Below are positions 28,344 through 37,652 of a stretch of DNA of 64,000 nucleotides, in pieces (within the stretch, counting starts at the first letter, position 1; every line of letters starts with the position of its first letter). A program made the position numbers and the translations under genes. This DNA comes from Gemmatimonadota bacterium (GTDB taxonomy: Bacteria; Gemmatimonadota; Gemmatimonadetes; Palauibacterales; Palauibacteraceae). The stretch covers positions 2,843,274 through 2,907,273 of the forward strand of contig CP070670.1 in assembly GCA_020351855.1 (NCBI GenBank), written 5' to 3'. The notes under the pieces are model-generated. The model was not told where the DNA came from and did not search any database. It saw only the letters and a list, made by a program, of their open reading frames with translations.

Positions 28344-29635
28344 CCGGCGTCCCCCGCTCCCGACGGCGCGCCAGACGCCGGTGCGGAACCGGAGACTCCT
28401 CGGACACCCTCGGCTCCCGGCAGCGCCCGCTTCCTCGGCGGGTCGAAGAAAGGCTTCCGCACGACCCGGACGGCGGCCCTTCTCCTTCTATGTTCGACGG
28501 TCACCTCCATCTCCAGCTCGGTTCCGGGCTCGGCCCAAGCAGACCGCAGATGAGCGAGCGCGATGTAGCGCTTGAGGATCGGTGACCAGCACCCGCTCGT
28601 GGCGTAGCCGACCTGCTCGCCCTTCGAATATACGGGCACGGAGACGCGCCAGGCCGTGAGGGGGAGAGCCGGGGGCAGGCCCAGCTCCGCGTAGAGTCCC
28701 TCGATGGAATCCCACGCGACCTCCAGCCCCGTGAAGCGCCAGGCCGGCCCTCTCGCCTCCTCCGCGACCAGGGCCTGGCGACCGACGAACGGGCCCTTGT
28801 CCAGCCGGACGGTCCAGCCGAGATCGAGCTCGTACGGAGAGGACTTCTGCTGCTCGATGAGCGCCTTGTTGGAGGGGATGTAGTCCACATCGATCAGGGG
28901 AAGCCCGGCTTCGATCCTGGCGACGTCGAGCGCCAGCATGCCCGCCGGGAGCAAACCGTACCCCGCTCCGGCATCGGTCAGGCGGTCCCACAGGGGAATC
29001 GCCTGGTCGGGCTCGACCCACAGCTCGTAGCCCAGGTCGCCGGTGTAGCCGGTGCGGGTGATCGTGGTCGGGATGCCGGCGACCAGGGCGTGCGTCAGGC
29101 GGAAGAACCTCAGGTCGGCGAGGGAAGCATCCGACAGCCGCTGCAGGATCTCGCGCGAGGCAGGGCCCTGCAACGCCAGGGCCGCGAGCGATTCGCTGAT
29201 GTCCCCGATCGTCACGGCGAGACCTGCGGCCACGTCCTGGAGCCAGCGCAGGTTCGGCTCCCCGGACGTCAGCCGGAAAGCGTCGGGATCGAGCCGTGCG
29301 ACCGTGCCGTCGTCGATCACCTTTCCAGCGTCGTCGCACCAGGGCGTGTAGAGCACCTGGTGCACGGCGCATCGCTCGACATCGCGCGGGATCAGCCGGT
29401 TCAGGAAGCGCTCCGCGTCGGGGCCCGTCACCTGGTACTTGTACAGCGGGGAGACATCGATCAGGGCAGCCGTCGTCCGGATCGCGAAGTACTCGCGCTC
29501 GTGCAGAAGCTCGTAGGAGCCGGCCACGACGTAGCCGGCCCAACGGCGCCAGTTCTGCGCCTGGCAGAGCTGCGAGGTTCGAGGGTGGAGTGGCGTGCCG
29601 CGGAGCAGTGGCGCCTCCATTCTCTTGAGGCACAT
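28340..29635 (-). CDS. GcvT-family aminomethyltransferase-like protein
   Basis: TPLH, EYFAIR...DVSPL.K..V.GPDA, G.VIDDG, LQGP, TRTGYTGDLGYE, RIEAG, PFFDP; start 29620 or 29635. Confidence 0.88.
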   Translation of the reverse strand: MCLKRMEAPLLRGTPLHPRTSQLCQAQNWRRWAGYVVAGSYELLHEREYFAIRTTAALIDVSPLYKYQVTGPDAERFLNRLIPRDVERCAVHQVLYTPWCDDAGKVIDDGTVARLDPDAFRLTSGEPNLRWLQDVAAGLAVTIGDISESLAALALQGPASREILQRLSDASLADLRFFRLTHALVAGIPTTITRTGYTGDLGYELWVEPDQAIPLWDRLTDAGAGYGLLPAGMLALDVARIEAGLPLIDVDYIPSNKALIEQQKSSPYELDLGWTVRLDKGPFVGRQALVAEEARGPAWRFTGLEVAWDSIEGLYAELGLPPALPLTAWRVSVPVYSKGEQVGYATSGCWSPILKRYIALAHLRSAWAEPGTELEMEVTVEHRRRRAAVRVVRKPFFDPPRKRALPGAEGVRGVSGSAPASGAPSGAGDAG

Positions 29636-29815
29636 CGGCCCGACCCTTCTGAGATGGGGGCCTTCCACGACGGAGGCAAGGGCGGCCGCCGGACCGTGAC
29701 ACGGCTTGCCGGGCACGGCCCTCCCGGACCATACTCCGCGTTCGCGTGACTTCTGGTTCCTCGCCGGAACGGCAGGCCCCTGCCGGCCGCCGCGGTCCGA
29801 TACGCTGCAGGAGGC

Positions 29816-31903
29816 ATGCTGATGCTGAGACCCGCCTGGATCGTCGTTATGACCGTCGTCGCCATGGCACTCCTCGGGTGCGCCGATGCCGACCGGGAGA
29901 CCGCTACCCTGGTCGACGCCGCCGCGCTCGCCGAACAGGGCAGCGGGGATAACTGGCTGGCGTACGGACGCAACTTCAGCGAGCAGCGCTACAGTCCGCT
30001 GGCGCAGGTGAACGAGGAAAACGTGTCGGGACTCGGCGTCGCCTGGTTCGTGGATCTGCCGAACGACCGCTCACTGGTGGGGACCCCGCTCGTCGTCGAC
30101 GGCGTCCTCTACTACGAGGGAAGCTACAACGTGCTCCGCGCCGTGGACGCCACCACTGGAGAGCTGCGGTGGGAGCACGACCCGCAGGTGATCGAGACGG
30201 CCGGCGACCGACTGCGGCTCTTCTGGGACTACAGCCGCGGGATCGCCTTCTGGAAGGGCGCGGTCTACCAGGCGACCATGGACGGCCGGCTGATCGCGGT
30301 GGACGCGCGCGACGGGAGCGTGCTGTGGAGCCAGATGACGGTAGATCCGGAGCTCCCGCTCGTGATCACGGGCGTTCCCAAGGTCTTCAAGGACAAGGTG
30401 ATCATCGGGAACGGCGGGACCGAGTTCGGACCCATCCGCGGCTACGTGACGGCTTATGACGCGGCCACGGGAGAGCAGGCATGGCGCTGGTACACCGTGC
30501 CGGGCAATCCGGCGGACGGCTTCGAGAACGAGGCGATGGCGATGGCCGCCGAGACCTGGACGGGCGAATGGTGGAAGTACGGGGGCGGAGGGACGGTGTG
30601 GAACGGAATCACCTACGACCCCGAGTTCGACGTCGTGTATCTCGGCACGGGGAACGGGGCACCGTGGAACCGGAGGATCCGCAGCCCCGACGGGGGAGAC
30701 AACCTCTTCCTCTGCTCGATCGTGGCCCTCGACGCCGAAACGGGCGAATACCGCTGGCACTATCAGACGACGCCCGGCGAGGCATGGGACTACAACTCCA
30801 ACATGGACATCGTCCTCGCCGATCTACCGATCGGCGGCCGGCAGGTGAAGGCACTCCTCCACGCCCCCAAGAACGGCTTCTTCTACGTGATCGATCGCGA
30901 GACCGGCCGGCTCATCTCGGGCGAGCCTTACGCGCGCACGACCTGGGCATCGGCAATCGACCCGGGGACGGGGCGGCCCGTCGAGGTCCCCGGCGCCCGC
31001 TATGAGGAGGGAGGGGCGGAGATCTATCCGAGCCCGTGGGGCGCCCATAGCTGGCACGCCATGTCCTACAACCCCGAAACCGGTCTGGTCTACCTGCCGA
31101 CCATGGACATCGGGGCCGTGTACTCGGATTCCGGCGTCGACATCAAGACCTGGGAGTCTCCCGACTGGGCCTTTCTCGGCACCGGGGTCGAGCTTGTCCT
31201 CGACGATGCTGAGACATCCACGAGCTCCCTCAAGGCATGGGATCCGGTCGAGCAGCGGGCCGTATGGGAGGTGCCGCTCCCGGGCGTCTGGAACGCCGGG
31301 ACGCTCACGACGGCCGGCAACCTCGTCTTCCAGGGGCGCGCGGACGGCCGGCTGGTTGCCTACCGGGCGAGTGACGGCGAGGTGCTTTGGCGCTTCGACC
31401 TCGGTTCCGGCATCTCGGCCCCGCCCATCACCTACGCCGTCGACGGAAGACAGTACGTGTCGATCCTCGTCGGTTGGGGCGCGGCCATGCCGGCGCTGGG
31501 CACATCGCTTTCGGCCCAGCACGGCTGGGCTTACCGCGTGCACCCGCGCCGACTCGTCACCTTCGCCCTGGACGGCGAAGTGGAGCTGCCGGCTTCGCCG
31601 CCCCCCTTCTTCCCCCAACCGATCGACGCTCCGGACTTCGTCGTCGACTCCGCGCTGGCGGCTGCGGGAGGCGCGATCTTCGATGGCAAGTGCTCGATTT
31701 GCCACGGCTTCGGAGCCGTGTCGGGCGGCAGCGCGCCCGATCTGCGCGCATCGCCGGTCGTCCCGTCGCACGAGGCCTTTGTCGAGGTGGTGATCGGGGG
31801 GGCGCGCCGGCCGATGGGCATGCCGCAGTTCAGCGAGCTCTCCGAGATCCAGGCGGGGGCGCTCCAGCACTACATTCGCGCCCAGGTGCCGAGCAAGCCT
31901 TAG
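29816..31903 (+). CDS. PQQ-dependent type II quinohemoprotein dehydrogenase (lipoprotein)
   Basis: LLG-C lipobox; W..YGR...EQRYSPL, GNGG.E, GGGTVW, GDNLF..SIVALD, WDY motifs; C-terminal cytochrome c CSICH with distal Met. Confidence 0.9.
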   Translation: MLMLRPAWIVVMTVVAMALLGCADADRETATLVDAAALAEQGSGDNWLAYGRNFSEQRYSPLAQVNEENVSGLGVAWFVDLPNDRSLVGTPLVVDGVLYYEGSYNVLRAVDATTGELRWEHDPQVIETAGDRLRLFWDYSRGIAFWKGAVYQATMDGRLIAVDARDGSVLWSQMTVDPELPLVITGVPKVFKDKVIIGNGGTEFGPIRGYVTAYDAATGEQAWRWYTVPGNPADGFENEAMAMAAETWTGEWWKYGGGGTVWNGITYDPEFDVVYLGTGNGAPWNRRIRSPDGGDNLFLCSIVALDAETGEYRWHYQTTPGEAWDYNSNMDIVLADLPIGGRQVKALLHAPKNGFFYVIDRETGRLISGEPYARTTWASAIDPGTGRPVEVPGARYEEGGAEIYPSPWGAHSWHAMSYNPETGLVYLPTMDIGAVYSDSGVDIKTWESPDWAFLGTGVELVLDDAETSTSSLKAWDPVEQRAVWEVPLPGVWNAGTLTTAGNLVFQGRADGRLVAYRASDGEVLWRFDLGSGISAPPITYAVDGRQYVSILVGWGAAMPALGTSLSAQHGWAYRVHPRRLVTFALDGEVELPASPPPFFPQPIDAPDFVVDSALAAAGGAIFDGKCSICHGFGAVSGGSAPDLRASPVVPSHEAFVEVVIGGARRPMGMPQFSELSEIQAGALQHYIRAQVPSKP

Positions 31904-31976
31904 GCGTTGCAGGGGCTGGAACTCCCTCCGGGCACGCCCGCGACCGGCCCGCGGCGCTCGCGATCGAATACGACGG

Positions 31977-33521
31977 ATGCGACTGATCCGGCTGGTCGAG
32001 GCCTGGCAGCGGATCGCGGAGAGTCCGGGACGAAAGCAGAAGACGGAAGTGCTGGCCGGCCTCCTCCGTGAGCTGACGCCCCAGGAGGTAGGGATCGGCG
32101 TGGCCTACCTGTAGGGCGTGCTCCCACAGGGTCGGGCGGGCATCGGGCCGTCGGCCGTCGCCCGGGCCGAACCGCAGGGATCCGCAGGCACGGCTGCGCT
32201 CACGCTGCGTGAGGTGGACCTCGCCTTCCAGCGGATGGCGGACGCCGGCGGGCCCGGCTCCACGAAGGCACGGATCGGATACCTGCGCGAGCTGCTCGAA
32301 CGCGCGACGGAGGCCGAGCAGAGCTTCCTTCGCAGGCTCGTGTTCGGCGAGCTGCGGCAGGGGGCACAAGCCGGCCTGATGCTGGTGGCCGTGGCCAAGG
32401 CCGCCGGCCTTCCTGGCACCAAGGTCCGGCGTGCCGCGATGCTGACCGGCGATGCCGGCGCGGTCGCGCGGGCGGCCCTGGCGGGAGGCGCGGAGGCGCT
32501 GGAGAAGCTGGACCTGAAGCTGTTTCGGCCTGTCCAGCCCATGCTGGCACAGAGCGCCGACGACGTCGGGGAAGCACTCGGCCACCTCGAGCGGGCGGTC
32601 TTCGAGCCGAAGCTGGACGGGGCCCGCATACAGCTGCACAAGTCGGGAAACGAGGTGCGCGTCTTCACCCGCCGGCTGAACGATGTGACGGCTTCCCTTC
32701 CCGAGGTGGTCGAAGCGGCCCGGAGTCTCCCGGTTCGCGATGCGATCCTGGACGGCGAGGCGATCGCGCTCCGCACCGACGGGACCCCTCGTTCCTTCCA
32801 GGTCACGATGAGCCGTTTCGGAAGCCGGCTGGACGTTTCGCGGATGCGGGACGACACGCCCTTGAGCCCCTTCTTCTTCGATTGTCTCTATCTGGATGGA
32901 TCCAGCCTCGTCGACGAACCGGCGGAGGCGCGCCTGGCGGCGTTGCGCGAGACGCTGCCCGGCGATCTCCTCCTGGAGCGGGTGGTCACGGAGGAGGTGC
33001 GCGAGGCGGCATCCTTCCTCGAGCGCGCGATTCGAATGGGACACGAGGGCGTGATGGCGAAGAGGCTCGACGCCCCGTACGCAGCCGGTGCGCGCGGACG
33101 TGCCTGGCTCAAGATCAAGCCTGCCCATATCCTGGACCTCGTCGTGCTGGCGGCCGAGTGGGGGCACGGGCGTCGGCGCGGCTGGCTGAGCAACCTGCAT
33201 CTGGGCGCCCGGGACACGGAAGGCGGCGGCTTCGTCATGCTCGGAAAGACGTTCAAGGGCCTGACGGACGCGATGCTCGCCTGGCAAACCGATCGGCTGC
33301 TCGGGCTGGAGACGGGGCGCACCGCCGGGACCGTCCGCGTACGGCCGGAGCTCGTGGTGGAGATCGCCTTCAACGACATCCAGGTCAGCCCCCGATACCC
33401 CGGCGGACTGGCGCTCCGGTTCGCCCGCGTGAAACGCTACCGGGCGGACAAGCGCGCCAGCGAGGCGGACACGATCGAGACGGTCCGCGCGCTTCACGAC
33501 ATGCGAAGCCGCCAGGACTGA
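31977..33521 (+). CDS. ligB: ATP-dependent DNA ligase (LigB-type), interrupted by in-frame TAG at 32112-32114
   Basis: MRLIRLVEAW...GVAYL*GVLPQG continues in frame; EPKLDGARIQ, LDGE, FFDCL, EGVMAK, WLKIK, DLVV, LRFAR motifs. Confidence 0.88.
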
Positions 33522-33613
33522 AGAGCCGGCCGCCAGCATGGCGGTCCCGAGCGAGCCGGCCGCCAGCGGGCCGCTCAGAACACGTGAGGACGCATCCAGC
33601 GCCGGAGGTCACG

Positions 33614-34462
33614 ATGAACCACACGCTCGGACTCGCCGCGACCCTGCTGCTCTTCGGGGCCGCCGGGCTCGGCACGCTCGGTCGCGCCGAAGCCCAGGAG
33701 ACGCCCTCGTACCCCGCGGACGGCGAGCGGGCCCTCTCGCGGCTGGCCCAATCCCCCCGACACGGAGAGTGGGTCGAGCTCGACGCCGGCGGCGCCGACA
33801 CGGTGACGGCCTGGGTCGTGTATCCGGAGCGGAGCGACCGGGCGCCGGTCGTGATCGTCATCCACGAGATCCTCGGCCTCACGGACTGGATCCGCGCGGT
33901 CGCCGACCAGCTCGCGGCCGACGGGTTCATCGCGATCGCTCCCGATCTGTTGAGCGGAAAGGGCTACGCCGGCGGAGGCACCGACTCCTTCTCCCCCGAG
34001 GACGCCCGAAAGGCGATCCGGGACCTCGACCGCGAGGAGGTGAACCGGAGGCTGGAGGCGACGGGCTCGTTCGCGATGGGGCTGCCGGCCGCCACGCGGA
34101 AGGTCGGGTCCATCGGCTTCTGCTGGGGCGGCTCCACCAGCTTTTTCCTCGCCACCGCCTGGCCCGACCTGGATGCGGCCGTCGTCTACTACGGCTCCTC
34201 TCCCTCCACGGAGGCACTGGCGGCCGTGGGGGCGCCGGTCCTGGGCCTCTACGGCGGGGACGATGCGCGCGTCAACGCGACGATCGATCCCGCCCAGGAT
34301 GAGATGAAGCGGCTGGGCAAGGCCTACGAGCCCCTGATCTTCGACGGAGCCGGCCACGGCTTCCTGCGGCAACAGGGCGGCCGGGATGGCATGAACCTGC
34401 GTGCCACGGAGCAGGCATGGCCGCGCACTGTGGAATTCCTTCGTGCCACGCTGGAGAATTAG
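33614..34462 (+). CDS. Dienelactone hydrolase family protein (secreted)
   Basis: GGAGG RBS; signal peptide; IHEI.GL, APDL, GFCWGG, AGHGF. Confidence 0.88.
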   Translation: MNHTLGLAATLLLFGAAGLGTLGRAEAQETPSYPADGERALSRLAQSPRHGEWVELDAGGADTVTAWVVYPERSDRAPVVIVIHEILGLTDWIRAVADQLAADGFIAIAPDLLSGKGYAGGGTDSFSPEDARKAIRDLDREEVNRRLEATGSFAMGLPAATRKVGSIGFCWGGSTSFFLATAWPDLDAAVVYYGSSPSTEALAAVGAPVLGLYGGDDARVNATIDPAQDEMKRLGKAYEPLIFDGAGHGFLRQQGGRDGMNLRATEQAWPRTVEFLRATLEN

Positions 34463-34466
34463 GACC

Positions 34467-35801
34467 ATGCGCGAACTGACTCGCTGCTGCGCGATTCTGG
34501 TCGTGGTGGCCGCGGCATTGTGGACCCCGGTCGGCATCCAGCCGCCCCGGGCCGCGGCCGCCGGTCCCGGTGCGACCGCTACCGCCGTCCCTGCCCCCGC
34601 CGCCATGGCGCCGGCGCAGGGGCTCGACCCCGAGGAGGCGACGGAAGCCTACCTGGCGACCCTCGACGCGGAGACGCGGGCGAGGTCGAAGGCGTATACC
34701 GAGGGAGGCTACTGGCTGGGCCTTATCGCTCTGGCGTACGGTATCGCCGTCGCCTTCTTCCTGCTGAACACGGGGCTCTCGCACCGGATGCGGGACCTGG
34801 CCGAGCGCCTATCGAAGCGAAAGCCCCTCCAGACGGCGCTTTACGGGGTCCAGTACGTCCTCATCAGCACCCTTCTCCTCCTCCCGCTCTCGGTGTACTC
34901 GGAGTTCATCCGGGAGCACCGGTACGGCTTCTCCACCCAGGGCCTCGGCGGCTACATCTCCGATCGGGCGATCACGCTCCTCATTTCAATCGCCCTGCTG
35001 AGCGTTCTGCTCGTGGTCCTGTACGGGGTGATCCGACGAGCCCCCCGCACCTGGTGGATCTGGGGCGCCGGGGCCAGCCTGGGCTTCCTCGCCATCCTCA
35101 CCTTCATCTCGCCCGTCTACCTTGCCCCGCTGTTCAACCGATACCGGCCGCTGGACGAGGGACCGCTGAAGGACCGCATCCTGGCGATGGCGCGCGCCAA
35201 CGGCGTGCCGGCCGACGAGGTGTACCAGTATGACGCATCGAAGCGAACCACCAAGATCAGCGCCAACGTATCGGGATTCCTCGGCACGACGCGCATCTCG
35301 CTGAACGACAACCTCCTCGAGCGCGGCACCGACGAGGAGATCGAGGCCGTCATGGCGCACGAGATCGGTCACTTCGCGATGCGCGCCGCCTCGGAGTACT
35401 TCGTCTTCTTCGCCGTCGTTCTGGTGGCCGGCTTCGCCTTCGTTCGCTGGGGGTTCGACCGCGCTTTGGACCGCTGGGGCTCCGGCTGGAGCGTGAGAAA
35501 CGTGGGCGACGTGGCCGGCCTGCCGCTCTTCCTCGTCCTGTTCTCGATTTATGCCGCGGCGATCACGCCGGTCACCAACGGCTTCATACGGGCGAACGAG
35601 GTCGAGGCGGACCTCTACGGGCTCAACGCGGCCCGCCGGCCGGACGGGTTCTCGACGATCATCCTCAAGCTGGGGGAGTACCGGAAGGTGGATCCGGGCC
35701 CGCTGGAAGAATGGCTTTTCTACGACCACCCGAGCGCCAGGAATCGGATCTTCATGGCGATGCGCTGGAAGGCGGAGCAGGCGTCAGGAGGCATCGACTA
35801 G
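34467..35801 (+). CDS. M48 family (Ste24-like) membrane metallopeptidase
   Basis: DAS.RT...NA-like segment, HEIGH, E.EAD and DHP motifs; multiple TM helices. Confidence 0.88.
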   Translation: MRELTRCCAILVVVAAALWTPVGIQPPRAAAAGPGATATAVPAPAAMAPAQGLDPEEATEAYLATLDAETRARSKAYTEGGYWLGLIALAYGIAVAFFLLNTGLSHRMRDLAERLSKRKPLQTALYGVQYVLISTLLLLPLSVYSEFIREHRYGFSTQGLGGYISDRAITLLISIALLSVLLVVLYGVIRRAPRTWWIWGAGASLGFLAILTFISPVYLAPLFNRYRPLDEGPLKDRILAMARANGVPADEVYQYDASKRTTKISANVSGFLGTTRISLNDNLLERGTDEEIEAVMAHEIGHFAMRAASEYFVFFAVVLVAGFAFVRWGFDRALDRWGSGWSVRNVGDVAGLPLFLVLFSIYAAAITPVTNGFIRANEVEADLYGLNAARRPDGFSTIILKLGEYRKVDPGPLEEWLFYDHPSARNRIFMAMRWKAEQASGGID

Positions 35802-35822
35802 CTGGCACGCCCGGCGGCGCGG

Positions 35823-37616
35823 CTATCGGCCGAACAGCGTCAGGAGACCCGTCGTCAGCAACGGAATGTAGGTGATGAGGAGCACCCCGACGCCCAGGAT
35901 GAGGAGAAACGGCACGGCGGCGCGGTAAAGCTCCAGGAGTGGCCGCTCGAAGCGGTAGGAGGCGAGAAACAGGTTCAGTCCGACGGGCGGCGTGAGGTAG
36001 CCGAGCTCCAGGTTGGCCACGAAGATGATCCCGAGGTGAATGGGGTGGACGCCGAACGCCAAGCCCAGGGGCACGATGAGCGGCACGATGACGACGGTTG
36101 CCGAGAAGATGTCCATCACCGCGCCGACCAGCAGGAGGAAGATGTTCAGGCAGAGGAGGAAGACGATCCGGGAATCGATATGGCTCTGTACCCACTCCAG
36201 GGCCCGGGCCGGGATCATCGCATCCACCATGTAGCTGCTGAAGCCCATCGCCATCCCCAGAATCAGCAGCACGCCCCCGATCAGAACGAGGCACTGGCGG
36301 AACACCCGGGCCAGATCCGTGCCCAAAGACACGTCGCGGTGCACGAAGCACTGGATGACGAAAGCGTAGAGAGCGGCGAGCGCCGCCGCCTCGACCAGCG
36401 TGGCGATCCCCCGGAAGATCACGAACAGGACGAGAACGGGAAGGAACACCTCCCACTTGGCCCCCCACAGGGCCTCGAGCAACGCTCGAGCGTCGAATGG
36501 CCGGCGTTCCACCCTGCTCCTCAACCCCTCCCGCACCCCCCAGGCCGCCACCAAGGACACGAGCAGGAGTCCCGGGATGATCCCGCCGATGAAGAGGTCC
36601 TCGATCGGCACGCTGGCGACGATGCCGTACAGGATCAGGGGCAGCGCCGGGGGCAGTAGAAGGCCCAGTGAGCCCGACGCGGTGAGGAGGCCGAGAGAGA
36701 AGCGATCACGATAACGATCCTGCTGGAGCACCTGGAAGAGGAGCGCCCCAAGGGCAAGGATCGTGACGCCAGAACCGCCGGTGAACACGGTGAAGAAGCC
36801 GCATACGAAGGCACACACGACGGCGGTTCCGCCGGGCACCCAGCCAACGGCCGCGTGAAACAGGTTGAGCAGTCTGGAGGAGGCCTGGCCTTCGGCGAGG
36901 AAAAAGCCCACGAGGGTGAAGAGCGGGATCGCTGCCAGGGTGGGATTCACCGACAGGCTGTAGGTCTCGATCAGCACGGCCACGGGCGGAACGCCCTCCG
37001 ACATGAAGAGCAGCGCGGCGATCCCGCCGAGCGCGGCGAAGATCGGCCCGCCCAGCAGCGTGGCCGCCAGTACCAGCAAGACGCCGGGCCAGCTCGGTCG
37101 CGCATACAGCAGTGCCGGGAACTGTGCCAGCACGAGGCCGATGACGGCGCCGACGATCGCCACGGACCGCCCTCGCCAGCCATCGGCCGATCGCCAGATG
37201 AGCCTCAGACAGATCAGGAGAAAGGCGACCGGCATCACGGTCTGGGCCAGCCAGACGGATAGGCCCCGCGTGATCATCGTGCCGGCGGCTGCCTCCTCGA
37301 GCACGAGGTCGATGCCTGACCTGAGGAAGAGCGCGCACACTCCCGCCGCGACCGCCGACGCCAGCCGTCGGCCGGCCGTCCGGAGCGTCCCTTCCGGAAG
37401 CAGCTGCCCGGTGGCGAGGGAGAGGAGGCGTCCATCGCGGGCGGCCAGAGCGGCACCCAGGAAGGCCACCCAGAGCGTGAGGTGGCGCTCGACGGAGATC
37501 GCACCGGGGATCCCGGTGCCCAACTTTCGCAGGGGGACCTCGAGCAGGGGAATGATGACCATCGCGGCGAGCGCGAGGCTGGCCACCACCTCTTCGGTCC
37601 GACGCAGAACTCTCAC
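35823..37616 (-). CDS. dctM: TRAP transporter fused small and large permease (DctQM)
   Basis: N-terminal DctQ-like TMs; AIPLF, GGSGVT, GSLGLLLPP, ELGYLTPPVGLNLF. Confidence 0.9.
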   Translation of the reverse strand: MRVLRRTEEVVASLALAAMVIIPLLEVPLRKLGTGIPGAISVERHLTLWVAFLGAALAARDGRLLSLATGQLLPEGTLRTAGRRLASAVAAGVCALFLRSGIDLVLEEAAAGTMITRGLSVWLAQTVMPVAFLLICLRLIWRSADGWRGRSVAIVGAVIGLVLAQFPALLYARPSWPGVLLVLAATLLGGPIFAALGGIAALLFMSEGVPPVAVLIETYSLSVNPTLAAIPLFTLVGFFLAEGQASSRLLNLFHAAVGWVPGGTAVVCAFVCGFFTVFTGGSGVTILALGALLFQVLQQDRYRDRFSLGLLTASGSLGLLLPPALPLILYGIVASVPIEDLFIGGIIPGLLLVSLVAAWGVREGLRSRVERRPFDARALLEALWGAKWEVFLPVLVLFVIFRGIATLVEAAALAALYAFVIQCFVHRDVSLGTDLARVFRQCLVLIGGVLLILGMAMGFSSYMVDAMIPARALEWVQSHIDSRIVFLLCLNIFLLLVGAVMDIFSATVVIVPLIVPLGLAFGVHPIHLGIIFVANLELGYLTPPVGLNLFLASYRFERPLLELYRAAVPFLLILGVGVLLITYIPLLTTGLLTLFGR

Positions 37617-37652
37617 CTTCGAACCCTCACGTCCGTCTGCCGCGCTCGAGGA

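Noticed and set aside
28340-29635. Canonical glycine cleavage T protein
   Set aside because: No gcvH/gcvP adjacent; motifs (EYFAIR, DVSPL.K, GYTGDLGYE) fit the GcvT-like demethylase branch better
9443-32114. Genome-wide reassignment of TAG to a sense codon
   Set aside because: About two dozen genes in the window end in TAG at the expected family C-terminus (e.g. gdhA AYGAV*), so TAG is a working stop; no pyl genes or suppressor tRNA are visible here
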